A DNA stretch of 64,000 nucleotides from NCBI GenBank assembly GCA_963836285.1, contig CAWIIN010000002.1, positions 1,650,386 to 1,714,385 on the forward strand, given 5' to 3'. Below the pieces are notes generated by a model, which was given only the letters and a program-made list of their open reading frames with translations, ran no database searches and was not told the origin of the DNA. Positions 38,730 to 48,873 of this stretch are shown here, piece after piece; the stretch's first letter is position 1, and every line of letters starts with the position of its first letter. The stretch is from an uncultured Acidobacteriota bacterium. GTDB lineage: Bacteria; Acidobacteriota; Thermoanaerobaculia; UBA5066. The translations under genes and the position numbers were made by a program.

Positions 38730-39434
38730 TCATGACGTCTGTTCGTTGAGATAGAGGCCGTCCAGCGAGCTTCGCGACGCGCTCGCCTCGCTCTCGCGGC
38801 CGGAACAGCGCTGAATGAAGTAGGCGAGGAGAAGGGTGGATGCGAGGACTGTCGCCCTTCCGAGCTCGGAATACGAGCTCTCGGCGGCCTCGCCGGTCCG
38901 ATAGAGCTCGTCGCCCTTCGCGTGCTCCCTCGAGTCCTGGGCCGTGTACTCGTAGAGGTCCTTGATGACGAGTCGCCCGTGCTCGTCCTTCTCCCGCTTG
39001 ACGTGGGCGGGCGAGAACGAGTCCTGCACCGCGTGCAGCGCCTGGCCGAGGTTGGACTTGGCGCCCGTGATGTCGCCCTTGCGGAAATGGAAGACGGCCG
39101 AATCGGCCGCGCCCCAGAGAGAGTCCTTCGCGAGCTTGAACGACTCGGCGGCCGTCCGGCCGGGAAGGCGCATGAAGTGCTGCATCTGTCCCCATTCCCG
39201 CCAGTGGCCCTGCGTGAGGACGCCGTCGAGGTCGGGGACCTGGACGAAACCGGCCATCGCTCCCAGGACGTCCTTCAGCTGCTCCCTCTGGGCCGCAGAC
39301 ATCCCCCCGAGGGCACCGCCCGTCTCCGCCCGCAGGAGTGACGTGGCGGCGGCGTCCGCCGACATCCTCGCGTGCCCGCCGAGAGGCCAGGCAAGGATCG
39401 TCGAGACCGCTTCCTTCAGGATCGTGCTATGCAT
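38730..39434 (-). CDS. Hypothetical protein with zinc-enzyme-like H-x3-D-x4-P-x-H motif (phospholipase C or S1/P1-nuclease-like; candidate effector)
   Basis: 234 aa. LHAVQDSFSPAHV resembles the LHYLGDVNQPMH zinc-ligand block of Zn-dependent PLC and P1 nucleases. Lies between clpV and vgrG. Confidence 0.4.
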   Translation of the reverse strand: MHSTILKEAVSTILAWPLGGHARMSADAAATSLLRAETGGALGGMSAAQREQLKDVLGAMAGFVQVPDLDGVLTQGHWREWGQMQHFMRLPGRTAAESFKLAKDSLWGAADSAVFHFRKGDITGAKSNLGQALHAVQDSFSPAHVKREKDEHGRLVIKDLYEYTAQDSREHAKGDELYRTGEAAESSYSELGRATVLASTLLLAYFIQRCSGRESEASASRSSLDGLYLNEQTS

Positions 39435-39446
39435 CGCGGCCGGTCC

Positions 39447-42170
39447 TCACTCGAACTCGTAGCGGAAGTTCCCGCCGTCGCCCACCGTGACGCGCACGCG
39501 CGACATCGTCCGGCCCTCGGCCATGCGGGCGAGGAACTCGCCAGACATCTCCGGAAGGACCGTCCGCGTCAGGATGTGGTCGACGTTGCGGGCTCCGCTC
39601 TCGACTTCCTTGCACCGCGCCACGATCTCGGCGATGACCGCGTCGTCGTAGGCAAAGGACGCCCCGTGGTTCTCCTTGAGGCGGCTCCCGATCCGGCCGA
39701 GTTGCAGCTTGATGATCTCCCGCATGACCTTGTCCGAGATCGGGTAGTAGGGGACGACGACCATCCGGCCCAGGAGTGCCGGCTTGAAGATCTTGTTCAG
39801 CTCGGGCTTGATCGCCTCCACGAGCTTGTCGGGCTCGGGCGCGGTCTCCGGATCGGCGCAGAGCTTCATGAGCGTGTCGGTGGCGGCGTTGGACGTCAGG
39901 AGGATGACGGTGTTCTTGAAGTCGATCTCGCGCCCCTCGCCGTCCTCGAGCATTCCCTTGTCGAAGACCTGGTAGAAGAGCTCCATGACGTCGGGGTGCG
40001 CCTTCTCGACTTCGTCGAGGAGGACGACCGAGTACGGCCGGCGCCGGACGGCCTCCGTCAGGACGCCGCCTTCACCGTACCCAACGTACCCCGGGGGAGA
40101 GCCCTTGAGCGAGGAGACGGTGTGCGCTTCCTGGTATTCGCTCATGTTGATCACGATCAGGTTCCGCTCGCCGCCGTAGAGCGTCTCGGCGAGCGTGATC
40201 GCCGTCTCCGTCTTTCCGACGCCGCTCGGTCCGACGAGGAGGAAGACGCCGATGGGCCGGCGCGGGTCCGTCAGGTTCGCGCGCGCGGTCCGGATCCGGC
40301 TCGCGATCGCCTCGAGAGCATGCGATTGCCCGATGACGCGCTGTTCGAGCCGGTCCTTGAGCTGGAGGACCGTATGGATCTCGTCCGTCAGCATCTTGCC
40401 GACGGGGATTCCCGTCCAGCCGGAAATGACCTCGGCGATCGTCTGCGACGTCACGCACGCCTGCATGAGGGGCGTCTCGCCCTGGAGCTTCTCGAGCTCC
40501 TTGTTCAGCTTGTCGAGCTCGGCCTTCAGGACCGCCGGGTCCACGGGCGGTCCCGCGGGCGCCGCGGAAGCAGGTGCGGCGGCGGGCGCGGCCTTCGCTC
40601 CCGCTCCCTTCGCCTTGGCGGCCTTCTTTCTCGGCGCCGCGAGTTCCTCGAGGTTCGACCGGATGTCGCGGATCCTCCCGATCAGATCGCGCTCCCTGTC
40701 CCACTGCGTCTTCAGGACAGCGAGGCTCTCTTCCGCCGCCGTCGTTCGAGCCTTCAGCTCCGCGAGGCGCTCCCCGTGGTTGGCACCGGTCGCCTCCTCG
40801 CGCGTCAGGACTTCGATCTCGGACGTGCAGTGGTCGATGGACCGCTGCGCGTCCTCGACGGCCGGCGGCGTCGCAGCCTGGCCGATCGCGACGCGGGCGC
40901 AGGCGGTGTCGAGGACCGACACGGACTTGTCCGGAAGCTGCCGCCCCGAGATATAGCGGTGCGACAGACGGACCGCGTCCTCCACCGCCTCGTCGAGGAT
41001 CCTCACGCCGTGGTGGTTCTCGAGCGGCTCCGTGAGCCCGCGCATCATGATGATGGCCGTCGCCTCGGTCGGTTCCTCGACCTTGACGACCTGGAACCGC
41101 CGGGCCAGCGCGGCGTCCTTCTCGAAGTACTTCTTGTACTCGGCCCATGTCGTCGCCGCGATCGTCCGCAGCTCGCCGCGCGCGAGGGCCGGCTTCAGGA
41201 GGTTCGCGGCGTCGTTCTGGCCCGCCTGCCCCCCCGCTCCGATCATCGTGTGCGCCTCGTCGATGAAGACGATAATCGGCTGGGGCGAGCCCTTCACCTC
41301 CTCGATGACCGACTTCAGGCGGTTCTCGAACTCGCCCTTGATTCCGGCTCCGGCCTGGAGGAGCCCGAGGTCGAGGGTCCTCACGGCGACGTTCTTGAGT
41401 GGACCGGGGACGTCGCCCTGGGCGATGCGCAGGGCGAAGCCCTCGACGACCGCCGTCTTTCCGACGCCCGCCTCGCCGGTGAGGATCGGGTTGTTCTGGC
41501 GGCGGCGCGTCAGGATGTCGATGACCTGGCGGATCTCGAAGTCCCGGCCGAGGATCGGGTCGATGTGGCCCGCCCTGGCGCGCGCCGTCAGGTCGACGGT
41601 GTACTGGTCGAGCGCCTTCGTGCGGCCCGGGACGCCCGTCGCACCGCCCGCGGCGTCGCCGGCCGGCGCTTCCCCGAGCGAGGAGGCGTCGCGGTCCTCG
41701 ACGGATCCCGAGACGATCTTGTCGAGGTCCTTTCGAAGCGCCTCGACGGAGATCGCCGCGAACTCCTTGGAGATCTCGCGGGCGAGGCGGGCGAACTCCT
41801 CCTTCTCGAGGAGGGCGAGGAGGATGTGCGCGGAGCGCACGCGCGCGGCGCCGAAGTCGATCGAGCCGAGGAGCCACGCCTCCTCGACGAGCTTCGGCAG
41901 GCGCGGAGAGAGCGCCGGCGTCCGGGTGTTCCCGGTCTTGAGGCGGTCGAGAGACCGCACGAGGTCCTTCGCGAGACGGGACTCGTCGACCTCGAAGCGG
42001 CGCAGGATCCGGTGGAAGTCCGTGTCCGGCGTCTCGCCCAGCTTCACGAGGAGGTGTTCGACATCGACGTCGTAGTTCGTCCGTGACAGGCAGAGCCCCG
42101 CGGCCCCCTCGAGAGCGTTCCGGCAGGTGTCGTTCAGTCGGCCGATGAGGGACTTCAGGTTCGCGCTCAT
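39447..42170 (-). CDS. clpV: Type VI secretion ATPase ClpV/TssH
   Basis: 907 aa, two AAA+ modules (GEAGVGKT, GPSGVGKT Walker A), ClpV N-domain. Confidence 0.95.
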   Translation of the reverse strand: MSANLKSLIGRLNDTCRNALEGAAGLCLSRTNYDVDVEHLLVKLGETPDTDFHRILRRFEVDESRLAKDLVRSLDRLKTGNTRTPALSPRLPKLVEEAWLLGSIDFGAARVRSAHILLALLEKEEFARLAREISKEFAAISVEALRKDLDKIVSGSVEDRDASSLGEAPAGDAAGGATGVPGRTKALDQYTVDLTARARAGHIDPILGRDFEIRQVIDILTRRRQNNPILTGEAGVGKTAVVEGFALRIAQGDVPGPLKNVAVRTLDLGLLQAGAGIKGEFENRLKSVIEEVKGSPQPIIVFIDEAHTMIGAGGQAGQNDAANLLKPALARGELRTIAATTWAEYKKYFEKDAALARRFQVVKVEEPTEATAIIMMRGLTEPLENHHGVRILDEAVEDAVRLSHRYISGRQLPDKSVSVLDTACARVAIGQAATPPAVEDAQRSIDHCTSEIEVLTREEATGANHGERLAELKARTTAAEESLAVLKTQWDRERDLIGRIRDIRSNLEELAAPRKKAAKAKGAGAKAAPAAAPASAAPAGPPVDPAVLKAELDKLNKELEKLQGETPLMQACVTSQTIAEVISGWTGIPVGKMLTDEIHTVLQLKDRLEQRVIGQSHALEAIASRIRTARANLTDPRRPIGVFLLVGPSGVGKTETAITLAETLYGGERNLIVINMSEYQEAHTVSSLKGSPPGYVGYGEGGVLTEAVRRRPYSVVLLDEVEKAHPDVMELFYQVFDKGMLEDGEGREIDFKNTVILLTSNAATDTLMKLCADPETAPEPDKLVEAIKPELNKIFKPALLGRMVVVPYYPISDKVMREIIKLQLGRIGSRLKENHGASFAYDDAVIAEIVARCKEVESGARNVDHILTRTVLPEMSGEFLARMAEGRTMSRVRVTVGDGGNFRYEFE

Positions 42171-42219
42171 GAACGCTTCCTTCCTCTCTGTCTTTTCGTG
42201 CTCTTTTCGGGGCCCTATC

Positions 42220-43212
42220 CTAGTTCATGGACTCGAGAATCAGTTCGGAAGCGTCGGCCCGCGCAGGTTCGCTCCCGAGCCACGACGTCCACCCGAGCAT
42301 CGGAGGAACGGCGGCGGCCGAGCTCAGGTGACACTCCGGGATCTCTTCCTTCCTCAGGACGGGCTGCACGTCGAAGTCGTACTCGACGCCGACGAGAAAG
42401 CGGACGAGATCGTTCAGGGGCTTCCATCCGCTGCCGCGCGGCAGGAAGAGCTGAAAGGACCTGAAGTCGAGCGGCCCGAGCCGGATCCGGAATCGGGACT
42501 GGTTGCTCCAGACGTGGTCGCCGCAGACGAGGTCGGCGCCGAGGCGGCTGTTGCGGGCGCCGAGGCGTGACCTGTCGTCCGGCTCGAGGTCGAGCCACTG
42601 GCCGACGAACTGCCGCGTCGCCACGGGGACTCCGAAGTAGTCCCGCAGGATGCCCTCGAGGGCGCTCGCCGAGTGCGGGCGCTGCGAGACGAGCCCCGCG
42701 TACAGGAGGAGGGCGTCGTCGGGGACGCTCTGGCGTCCTCGAAGCCCGTTGGTGTCGAGGCCGATCAGCGCGAAGAGACCCTCGACGAACGGGTCGTCGC
42801 CCCCGCTCTCGTAGACGATCGGAAAGCGGTACTTCTGCCACGCGCGATGGAACAGGGAAAGGAACCGGTGGTTGAAGAGGTCGAGAAACTCCCAGAGCGC
42901 GAAGTCCTTGTACCGGATGCGCTCGGCGAGGAGCTCCGTGTACGGGATCGGAAGGACGCCGAGCGGTCCGGTCGTTCCCCCGATCGCGACGGTGACCTCG
43001 GTCGGGCGGTCGGGGTCGGCGGGATCGGGCTTGAGGTCGAAGATCTCGCTCGGCGGGAATTCCAGGGTCGCACGGGTGCGGAAGCGCGCGACTTCGAGCG
43101 CCGGGGGCCCGTCGTGACCGACGCGCGCGCGAGACGGGGAGAGTCGGGCCAGGAGCCTGACGGCCTGGAAGAACCCGAAGTGCTCGGGCCGGTTCCTCAG
43201 CCGTTCGGTCAA
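42220..43212 (-). CDS. tssG: Type VI secretion baseplate protein TssG
   Basis: 330 aa, TssG family N-terminus (PEHFGFFQAVRLL). Confidence 0.9.
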   Translation of the reverse strand: MTERLRNRPEHFGFFQAVRLLARLSPSRARVGHDGPPALEVARFRTRATLEFPPSEIFDLKPDPADPDRPTEVTVAIGGTTGPLGVLPIPYTELLAERIRYKDFALWEFLDLFNHRFLSLFHRAWQKYRFPIVYESGGDDPFVEGLFALIGLDTNGLRGRQSVPDDALLLYAGLVSQRPHSASALEGILRDYFGVPVATRQFVGQWLDLEPDDRSRLGARNSRLGADLVCGDHVWSNQSRFRIRLGPLDFRSFQLFLPRGSGWKPLNDLVRFLVGVEYDFDVQPVLRKEEIPECHLSSAAAVPPMLGWTSWLGSEPARADASELILESMN

Positions 43213-45065
43213 AGGACGATCTGGTCGCCCGTACGGGGCGGCCAGCGGCGCATCACGCCCTCACGCTGTTTCGTCGACGCCACGAGCTGACTGAAGGAGT
43301 TGACGGACGCGTAGAGAGAGAGGAAGCGCTCGAGAATGGACGCGAAGAGGTACACGCCCGAGCCCACGAAGTTCTGCTCGTCGAGCTCGATCGAAACTTC
43401 GAGTCCCCTCACGAACCCGGGATGGACGTCACGGAGGGGCCGGACGACCCGGCGCGAGGCGAGCTTCGAGAGCCCGTCGATCTGCTGCCGGGTGACCGAC
43501 GAGTCGGCGATGTCGTAGAGGCGAAGGATCTCGCGCAGTGCCTCCGGGCCCTTCTCTCCTTCGCGCTCGACGAGCGACAGGACGTTCAGCGCGAGGTGCG
43601 AGATGAGCCTCCAGTGGGCCCCCCGCCTCAGCGGCGGCCGCACGCTCGCGGTGGGCTTCACGAGGCTCCGGATCGCGGTGAAGACGCCCGGCCCCTCGAG
43701 CTGGAAGTCCCCGTCGGGATTGCCGAACGGGAGGCGGCCCGGAAGGTCGCGGTTCGAGGCCGTCACGTGCACGGTGAGGGTGTCGGTGTCCGGGACGGCC
43801 GGATCGAAGTTCATGTCCACGAGCGAGAGGTAGACTTCCGTCCCGCCGTCGTCCTTGCGCTCCGAGGGGCGTCGGCTCGCGTGCCAGAGCGCCTGCACCC
43901 CCGCGCGCTCGCCGCCGTGCCGAAACGCGAAGAACGGCTGGTACGTCCGGACGGTCTCGAGGTCGGCGCTCGTCGACGTCACGCTGTCGACGGACCAGAC
44001 CTCGTGCGCCCCCGGCCGCCTCAGGTTCGGGACGACGCGGTACTCATGGCTGAGGTGCGTGACACGGATCGGCTCGGCGAGCTGCGAGAACAGGTTGACG
44101 ACCGGCGTCGCGTGCAGACGGAACGTCTGCGCCGAGACGCTCCGCTCGGCGGCGAACGGCCGCGCGAGCAGGATCCGCACGTCGAGGGACTCCCCGAACC
44201 CGCGCCCCTGGAGCCGCTCGAGCCCGTCGAGGTCGACGAACAGGAACTTCTCCGGAAACGTGAAGTACTCCTGGACGACGCGATAGCCCCGGAACATCCG
44301 ATCCGGCGTCGGCAGGAGCGTCTCGTCATCCGCGAACCCGACGGGCCGGAGAGCCTCCGGACCGAGGGTGACGGCTTCCGAGTCGGGCGATGATGCCTGC
44401 GGACGCAGCTCGACGGCGAGCGCGTCGTTGAACAGCGCTTCGTAGAGCGCATGGACGACCTTCGCGTCGCCCTGCAGGTAGAACCGGAGCCGCGAGAGCG
44501 GCCGCTCGACGCCCTCGGCGATCTTCTCCTTGAGCTCTGAAAGGGCGGCTCCCCCCAGGACGCGCAGGTCGAGGCGAAGCGTCGTCCGCACGTCGCGGCC
44601 GCCGATCGTGACCGCCGGTGCCTGCTCGAATCGGGCCCCGCGCACCTCGATCGGCCAGATCGTGACGGGGTACGCGGTCCGGAAGCGGCACGGGATCCCG
44701 TCGACGGGTGCGGACGCGAGCGTCGATCCCTTGGGAATCGTCTGGCCCGTCTGCAGGCTCACCTGATCCGCGTTCAGGACGAACTGGGCCACGGACATCG
44801 AGGGGACGGGCGCGAGGAATGTCGGGTAGAGGATCCCGAGGAGGGACTCCGTGATTTCCGGGAATTCGTCGTCGATCTTGAGGCGCACGCGCGCCGCGAG
44901 GAACGCGAACGCCTCGAGCAGCCTCTCGACGTGCGGGTCCTCGCATTTGTCCGGTTCGAGCTGGAGGCGTGACGCGACCTTCGGATACTTGTCGGCGAAC
45001 TCGGCCCCCATCTGCCGGAGGAAGGTGAGCTCGCGTTCGTAGTACTCGAGGAGATCGCCGCGCAT
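43209..45065 (-). CDS. tssF: Type VI secretion baseplate protein TssF
   Basis: Start ATG 45065 overlapping the tssE stop (ATGA). MRGDLLEYYERELTFLRQ N-terminus typical of TssF. The upstream 112 codons of the ORF were rejected. Confidence 0.9.
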   Translation of the reverse strand: MRGDLLEYYERELTFLRQMGAEFADKYPKVASRLQLEPDKCEDPHVERLLEAFAFLAARVRLKIDDEFPEITESLLGILYPTFLAPVPSMSVAQFVLNADQVSLQTGQTIPKGSTLASAPVDGIPCRFRTAYPVTIWPIEVRGARFEQAPAVTIGGRDVRTTLRLDLRVLGGAALSELKEKIAEGVERPLSRLRFYLQGDAKVVHALYEALFNDALAVELRPQASSPDSEAVTLGPEALRPVGFADDETLLPTPDRMFRGYRVVQEYFTFPEKFLFVDLDGLERLQGRGFGESLDVRILLARPFAAERSVSAQTFRLHATPVVNLFSQLAEPIRVTHLSHEYRVVPNLRRPGAHEVWSVDSVTSTSADLETVRTYQPFFAFRHGGERAGVQALWHASRRPSERKDDGGTEVYLSLVDMNFDPAVPDTDTLTVHVTASNRDLPGRLPFGNPDGDFQLEGPGVFTAIRSLVKPTASVRPPLRRGAHWRLISHLALNVLSLVEREGEKGPEALREILRLYDIADSSVTRQQIDGLSKLASRRVVRPLRDVHPGFVRGLEVSIELDEQNFVGSGVYLFASILERFLSLYASVNSFSQLVASTKQREGVMRRWPPRTGDQIVL

Positions 45066-45547
45066 CACTCGCCCTTCACCGCAAACGTCCCGCTGCCGAT
45101 CTGAAGCGTCGTGTCGAACGAGATCGGCTCGGGCACCGGATCGATGCGGAGCCGCGCCTCGATCTTGAAGCGGAACGCGCGCTCCAGCGGCGAGGCGTTC
45201 GCGACCGTGACGACCACGTCCTCGAGGCGGGGCTCGAAGCGCTTGAGGACGGACTCGAGCGCGCGCGTGAGGTCGTTCTGGTCCCCGGAGCTCTTCACGC
45301 TGACGTTCGTGAAGTCCGGGAGCCCGTACGCGAGCATGGAGTCGGCGAGGAGCGGCAGGTCCGGGGGCACTTCGAAGACCCGCCGCGTATTCAGGAGCCA
45401 CTCGAGGTCGCGCTTGAGGGCCTGCTTGACCTGGCGGAGGGCCTTCGAGCGCGAGGGGGGGGCCTCGTTTCTGGCGTCCGGCTCGAAATCAATCAGCCGG
45501 TCGAGAACCGACAGGTTGATCCGGATCTCCTCGTCGATCCTCGCCAT
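45065..45547 (-). CDS. tssE: Type VI secretion baseplate protein TssE (gp25-like)
   Basis: 160 aa, GPW/gp25 family. Confidence 0.9.
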   Translation of the reverse strand: MARIDEEIRINLSVLDRLIDFEPDARNEAPPSRSKALRQVKQALKRDLEWLLNTRRVFEVPPDLPLLADSMLAYGLPDFTNVSVKSSGDQNDLTRALESVLKRFEPRLEDVVVTVANASPLERAFRFKIEARLRIDPVPEPISFDTTLQIGSGTFAVKGE

Positions 45548-45609
45548 GCGCGCTGCCGGGGCGGATGCCGGGGCCGGCGAGTTTTCGCAGGCCCCGGATC
45601 GTTCCGTCC

Positions 45610-47097
45610 CTACTTCCTCGACGGCGGGGGCAACTCGGCCACCAGCCGCAGGGAGACCGAGAGCTCATCCAGCTGGAAGTGCGGCCTCAGGAAGGCGATC
45701 GCCTTGTAGACGCCGGGCTTGCCGGGCACCTCCGCGACCTCGATGCGGGCCTCGCGAAGCGGGAACTGCGCCTTGACCGCAGGCGACGCGGTGTCGTCCG
45801 GCGTGACGTAGTTCGAGATCCACTTGTTGAGGAAGAACTCGACGTCGGCGCGGGAGGCGAAGCTGCCGATCTTGTCGCGCATGATCGCCTTGAGGTAGTG
45901 CGCGAAACGGGACACCGCGAAGATGTAGGGGAGCTGCGTCGACAGGCGCGCGTTCGCGTTCGCGAAATCCGTATCGTATTTCTTCGCTTTTTGCGCCGAC
46001 TGCCCGCCGAAGAACGCGGCGTAGTCTGTGTTCTTGCAGTGAACGAGCGAGATGAAGCCGAGGTCCGAGAACTCCTTCTCGCGGCGGTCCGTGATGGCGA
46101 TCTCCGTCGGGCATTTCAGGGCCACGTCCCCTTCGTCCGTCTGGAACGTGTGTGCCGGGAGCCCCTGCACGAGCCCGCCTCCCTCGACGCCCCGGATCGC
46201 GACGGTCCAGTTGTAGAGCGCGAACGCTTCGGTCAGACGCGTCCCGTACGAGTACGCCGCGTTCCCCCAGAGGTACTTCTTGTGGTCCTTGCCGTCCACG
46301 TCCTCCTCGAAGTTGAAGGACTCGACCGGGACGGTGTCCTTTCCGTAGGGGAGGCGCATGAGCGTGTGAGGAAGGGTGAGGCCAACGTAGCGCGAGTCTT
46401 CGGAGTCCCGGAACGAGCGCCACTTCGCATACTCGGTCCGGTCGAAGATCTTCGCGAGGTCGCGCACCTCCGTGAGCTCCGTATAGGTCTGCCACCCGAA
46501 CATCTCGGGAGAGGCCGCCGAGATGAAGGGAGCGTTCGCCGCCGCGGCGACGCCCGAGATCTTCTCGAGAAGCGACATGTCCTGGGGATGGTTGCCGAAC
46601 TCGTAGTCCCCGATCATGGCGCCGAACGGCGCGCCTCCGAACGTTCCGTACTCCTCCTCGTAGATTTTCTTGAAGAGCGCGGACTGGTCGAACTCGGCGG
46701 CCCGCTCGAGGTCCTTGAGGAGGTCCTTCTTGGACACGTTCAGGACCCGGATCTTCAGCATCGTCGAGGTCTCGCTCTCGAAGACGAGGTGGTGCAGGCC
46801 GCGCCAGCTCCCCTCGAGCTTCTGGAAGTCCGGGTGGTGCATGACCTCGTTGAGCTGCGCAGACAGGAGCTTGTCGATCGCCGCGATGCGGGCGTTGATC
46901 GTGTGCTCGAGATCCTTGGAGAGGACGACCTGCCCCTGAAGGGCCTGCTGGACGAACTCTGCCAGCATGTCCTTCGCGGTGTCGACCTGGTCCTCGCGGA
47001 GTGCGAGGCGGCCGCTGTCGAGGATCTTGTTGAGCAGCCCCCCGCCGTCCTGCTCCTGGACGACGGATTCGGCCTTCTTCTCGGGGTTCTTACTCAT
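45610..47097 (-). CDS. tssC: Type VI secretion sheath large subunit TssC/VipB
   Basis: 495 aa, canonical TssC motifs (LPHTLMRLPYG, FNFEE). Confidence 0.95.
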   Translation of the reverse strand: MSKNPEKKAESVVQEQDGGGLLNKILDSGRLALREDQVDTAKDMLAEFVQQALQGQVVLSKDLEHTINARIAAIDKLLSAQLNEVMHHPDFQKLEGSWRGLHHLVFESETSTMLKIRVLNVSKKDLLKDLERAAEFDQSALFKKIYEEEYGTFGGAPFGAMIGDYEFGNHPQDMSLLEKISGVAAAANAPFISAASPEMFGWQTYTELTEVRDLAKIFDRTEYAKWRSFRDSEDSRYVGLTLPHTLMRLPYGKDTVPVESFNFEEDVDGKDHKKYLWGNAAYSYGTRLTEAFALYNWTVAIRGVEGGGLVQGLPAHTFQTDEGDVALKCPTEIAITDRREKEFSDLGFISLVHCKNTDYAAFFGGQSAQKAKKYDTDFANANARLSTQLPYIFAVSRFAHYLKAIMRDKIGSFASRADVEFFLNKWISNYVTPDDTASPAVKAQFPLREARIEVAEVPGKPGVYKAIAFLRPHFQLDELSVSLRLVAELPPPSRK

Positions 47098-47629
47098 GGG
47101 GCTCTTCCTTCTTCTCTTCGTCGTCCGTCACGACGCCGAGCTGTTTGCCGAGCTGCTTCTGGGCATTCGGGTCCTTGAGGAGGTCCGTCAGCATGGCCTC
47201 GAGCTTGTCGTTGCCGTCCGTCTTCGACAGGATGTCGCGGAGCTTCTGGCGCGCCTCGACGAGCTTGCGCAGGGGCTCGACCTGCTGCACGACCTGGTCG
47301 GGCTCGAAGTCCATCATGTTGTTGAACTTCATCTCGACGTTCATCTTGCTGCCGTCGTCCGAGAGCTTGTTGTCGACGCGCAGCGCGAGGCGCGGCGCCT
47401 GCGCCGCGAGGACCTGGTCGAAGTTGTCGCGGTCGATTTCGATCAGCTTCCGGTCCTTCAGTCGCGGGAGCGGCTCGACGGGCTGGCCGGAAAAGTCGCC
47501 GAGCACCCCGACGACGAACGGGAGCTCCTTCATTTCGATCGCGCCCCCGATCTCCACGTCGTACGTGATCTGAACGCGGGGAGGGCGGATCCTCTTGAGT
47601 TTCTGCTGGATGCTTTCCTTCTTCGGCAT
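47090..47629 (-). CDS. tssB: Type VI secretion sheath small subunit TssB/VipA
   Basis: ATG 47629 preceded by GGGAGGGAG. 179 aa, VipA family (GVLGDFSG). Overlaps the tssC start by 8 nt. Confidence 0.9.
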   Translation of the reverse strand: MPKKESIQQKLKRIRPPRVQITYDVEIGGAIEMKELPFVVGVLGDFSGQPVEPLPRLKDRKLIEIDRDNFDQVLAAQAPRLALRVDNKLSDDGSKMNVEMKFNNMMDFEPDQVVQQVEPLRKLVEARQKLRDILSKTDGNDKLEAMLTDLLKDPNAQKQLGKQLGVVTDDEEKKEEPHE

Positions 47630-47640
47630 GGCTCCCTCCC

Positions 47641-48771
47641 TCAGGTGTCCGTGCTGCCCGACTCGCCCTTCAGCCCGAGAGTTTCGCGCAGACCGGCGAG
47701 AACGTTGTTGTCCTTGATCACATCGACGAGCCAGGCGTCGAGCGGCATCTGACCCCAGGCGATCGCCCGCTGGACGAGGTACGACACGGGGCTGTGCGGC
47801 TCCGTCCTGCGGAAGTAGTCGGCGACCTGCGCGAGCTGCGCGAGGGCCTGGTCGCGCGCCCGGATGGAACCGCCGGGTCCGGACCCGCCGCCTTCGGCGG
47901 CCTCGCCCTCGGCGCCTTCCATGGCGTCGGACGGATCCGGCTCCTCGATCCTCTTCTCCTTGACGACCTTCTCGAGGAGACTCCGGATCGCCTCGAGAGT
48001 CCGCGTGAGGGCGCCGAGGCCCGGCGTCTGGCGCGCGAAGCGGGCGTCCATCTCCCTGTCGAGGGCGCGCAGCGCGGCCCAGCTGTCGGCGACGTCCGCG
48101 CTGAGCTCCTCGTAGAAGGCGCGCCGGGTCTCGCTCTTCGCCTTCCGGATCTCCTCGCCCGTGATCTTGCCTTCCGCCACGGCGCGGGCGCGCTTCTCCT
48201 CGAGCGCCTGGAGCGCTTCGCTGGAGAGCTTCGACGTGTCGGCGGGGAAGTCGTACTGGAGCGCGTCTTCCCACTGGAAGAAGTTATAGTTCGCGCCGGA
48301 TCGCTTCGTCAGCGGCACCTTGCGCGCGGCTTCCGCGGCCTGCCGGTCGAGCCATGCGAGCGTGTTCGCCCGCGCCTCCAAGTCGTCTCCCTCGTCGATC
48401 TCGGGGAACAGAGTGTCCCAGTAATTCGTGAGAAAACCGGCCGCGAGCTTCAGGGAGTCCCTCAGCCCCGGAAAGCCGTGCATGCTGACGGCGGCCTCGG
48501 ACAGCCAGGCCACGATCTGAAGGTCCTTCGTCTTCCCGCTCAGGCTCTCGCCGGCGAGCTCGGCGACCTTCTCCCAGTCCGCGACCTTCAGCTCGTGGAC
48601 CCAGTCGCCCTGCGGGACGTCGTCGTCCGAACGGCGTGCCTCGCGGATCTCGTCGTGGAGACCCGAGTACTGGAGGTTCTCCCCGCTCGGGTTTTCACCC
48701 GCGATCGGCGCGAGCAGCGCGTCCAGGTTGAAAACAGGGGCTGACGGCATCGCGACGATTTCCTCCGGCAA
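47641..48771 (-). CDS. tssA: Type VI secretion protein TssA (ImpA N-terminal domain)
   Basis: ImpA_N signature (APIAGENPSGENLQYSGLHDEIREAR). Confidence 0.85.
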   Translation of the reverse strand: MPEEIVAMPSAPVFNLDALLAPIAGENPSGENLQYSGLHDEIREARRSDDDVPQGDWVHELKVADWEKVAELAGESLSGKTKDLQIVAWLSEAAVSMHGFPGLRDSLKLAAGFLTNYWDTLFPEIDEGDDLEARANTLAWLDRQAAEAARKVPLTKRSGANYNFFQWEDALQYDFPADTSKLSSEALQALEEKRARAVAEGKITGEEIRKAKSETRRAFYEELSADVADSWAALRALDREMDARFARQTPGLGALTRTLEAIRSLLEKVVKEKRIEEPDPSDAMEGAEGEAAEGGGSGPGGSIRARDQALAQLAQVADYFRRTEPHSPVSYLVQRAIAWGQMPLDAWLVDVIKDNNVLAGLRETLGLKGESGSTDT

Positions 48772-48873
48772 GAGAGAGACGCTTATGCCATTCGAAGGCC
48801 AACAGTTAGAATGTCGAAAGGATAGCGACGGCGAGGAACCTGGTCAAGGGCCGGTGCGCGGCAAGGAGAGCCA

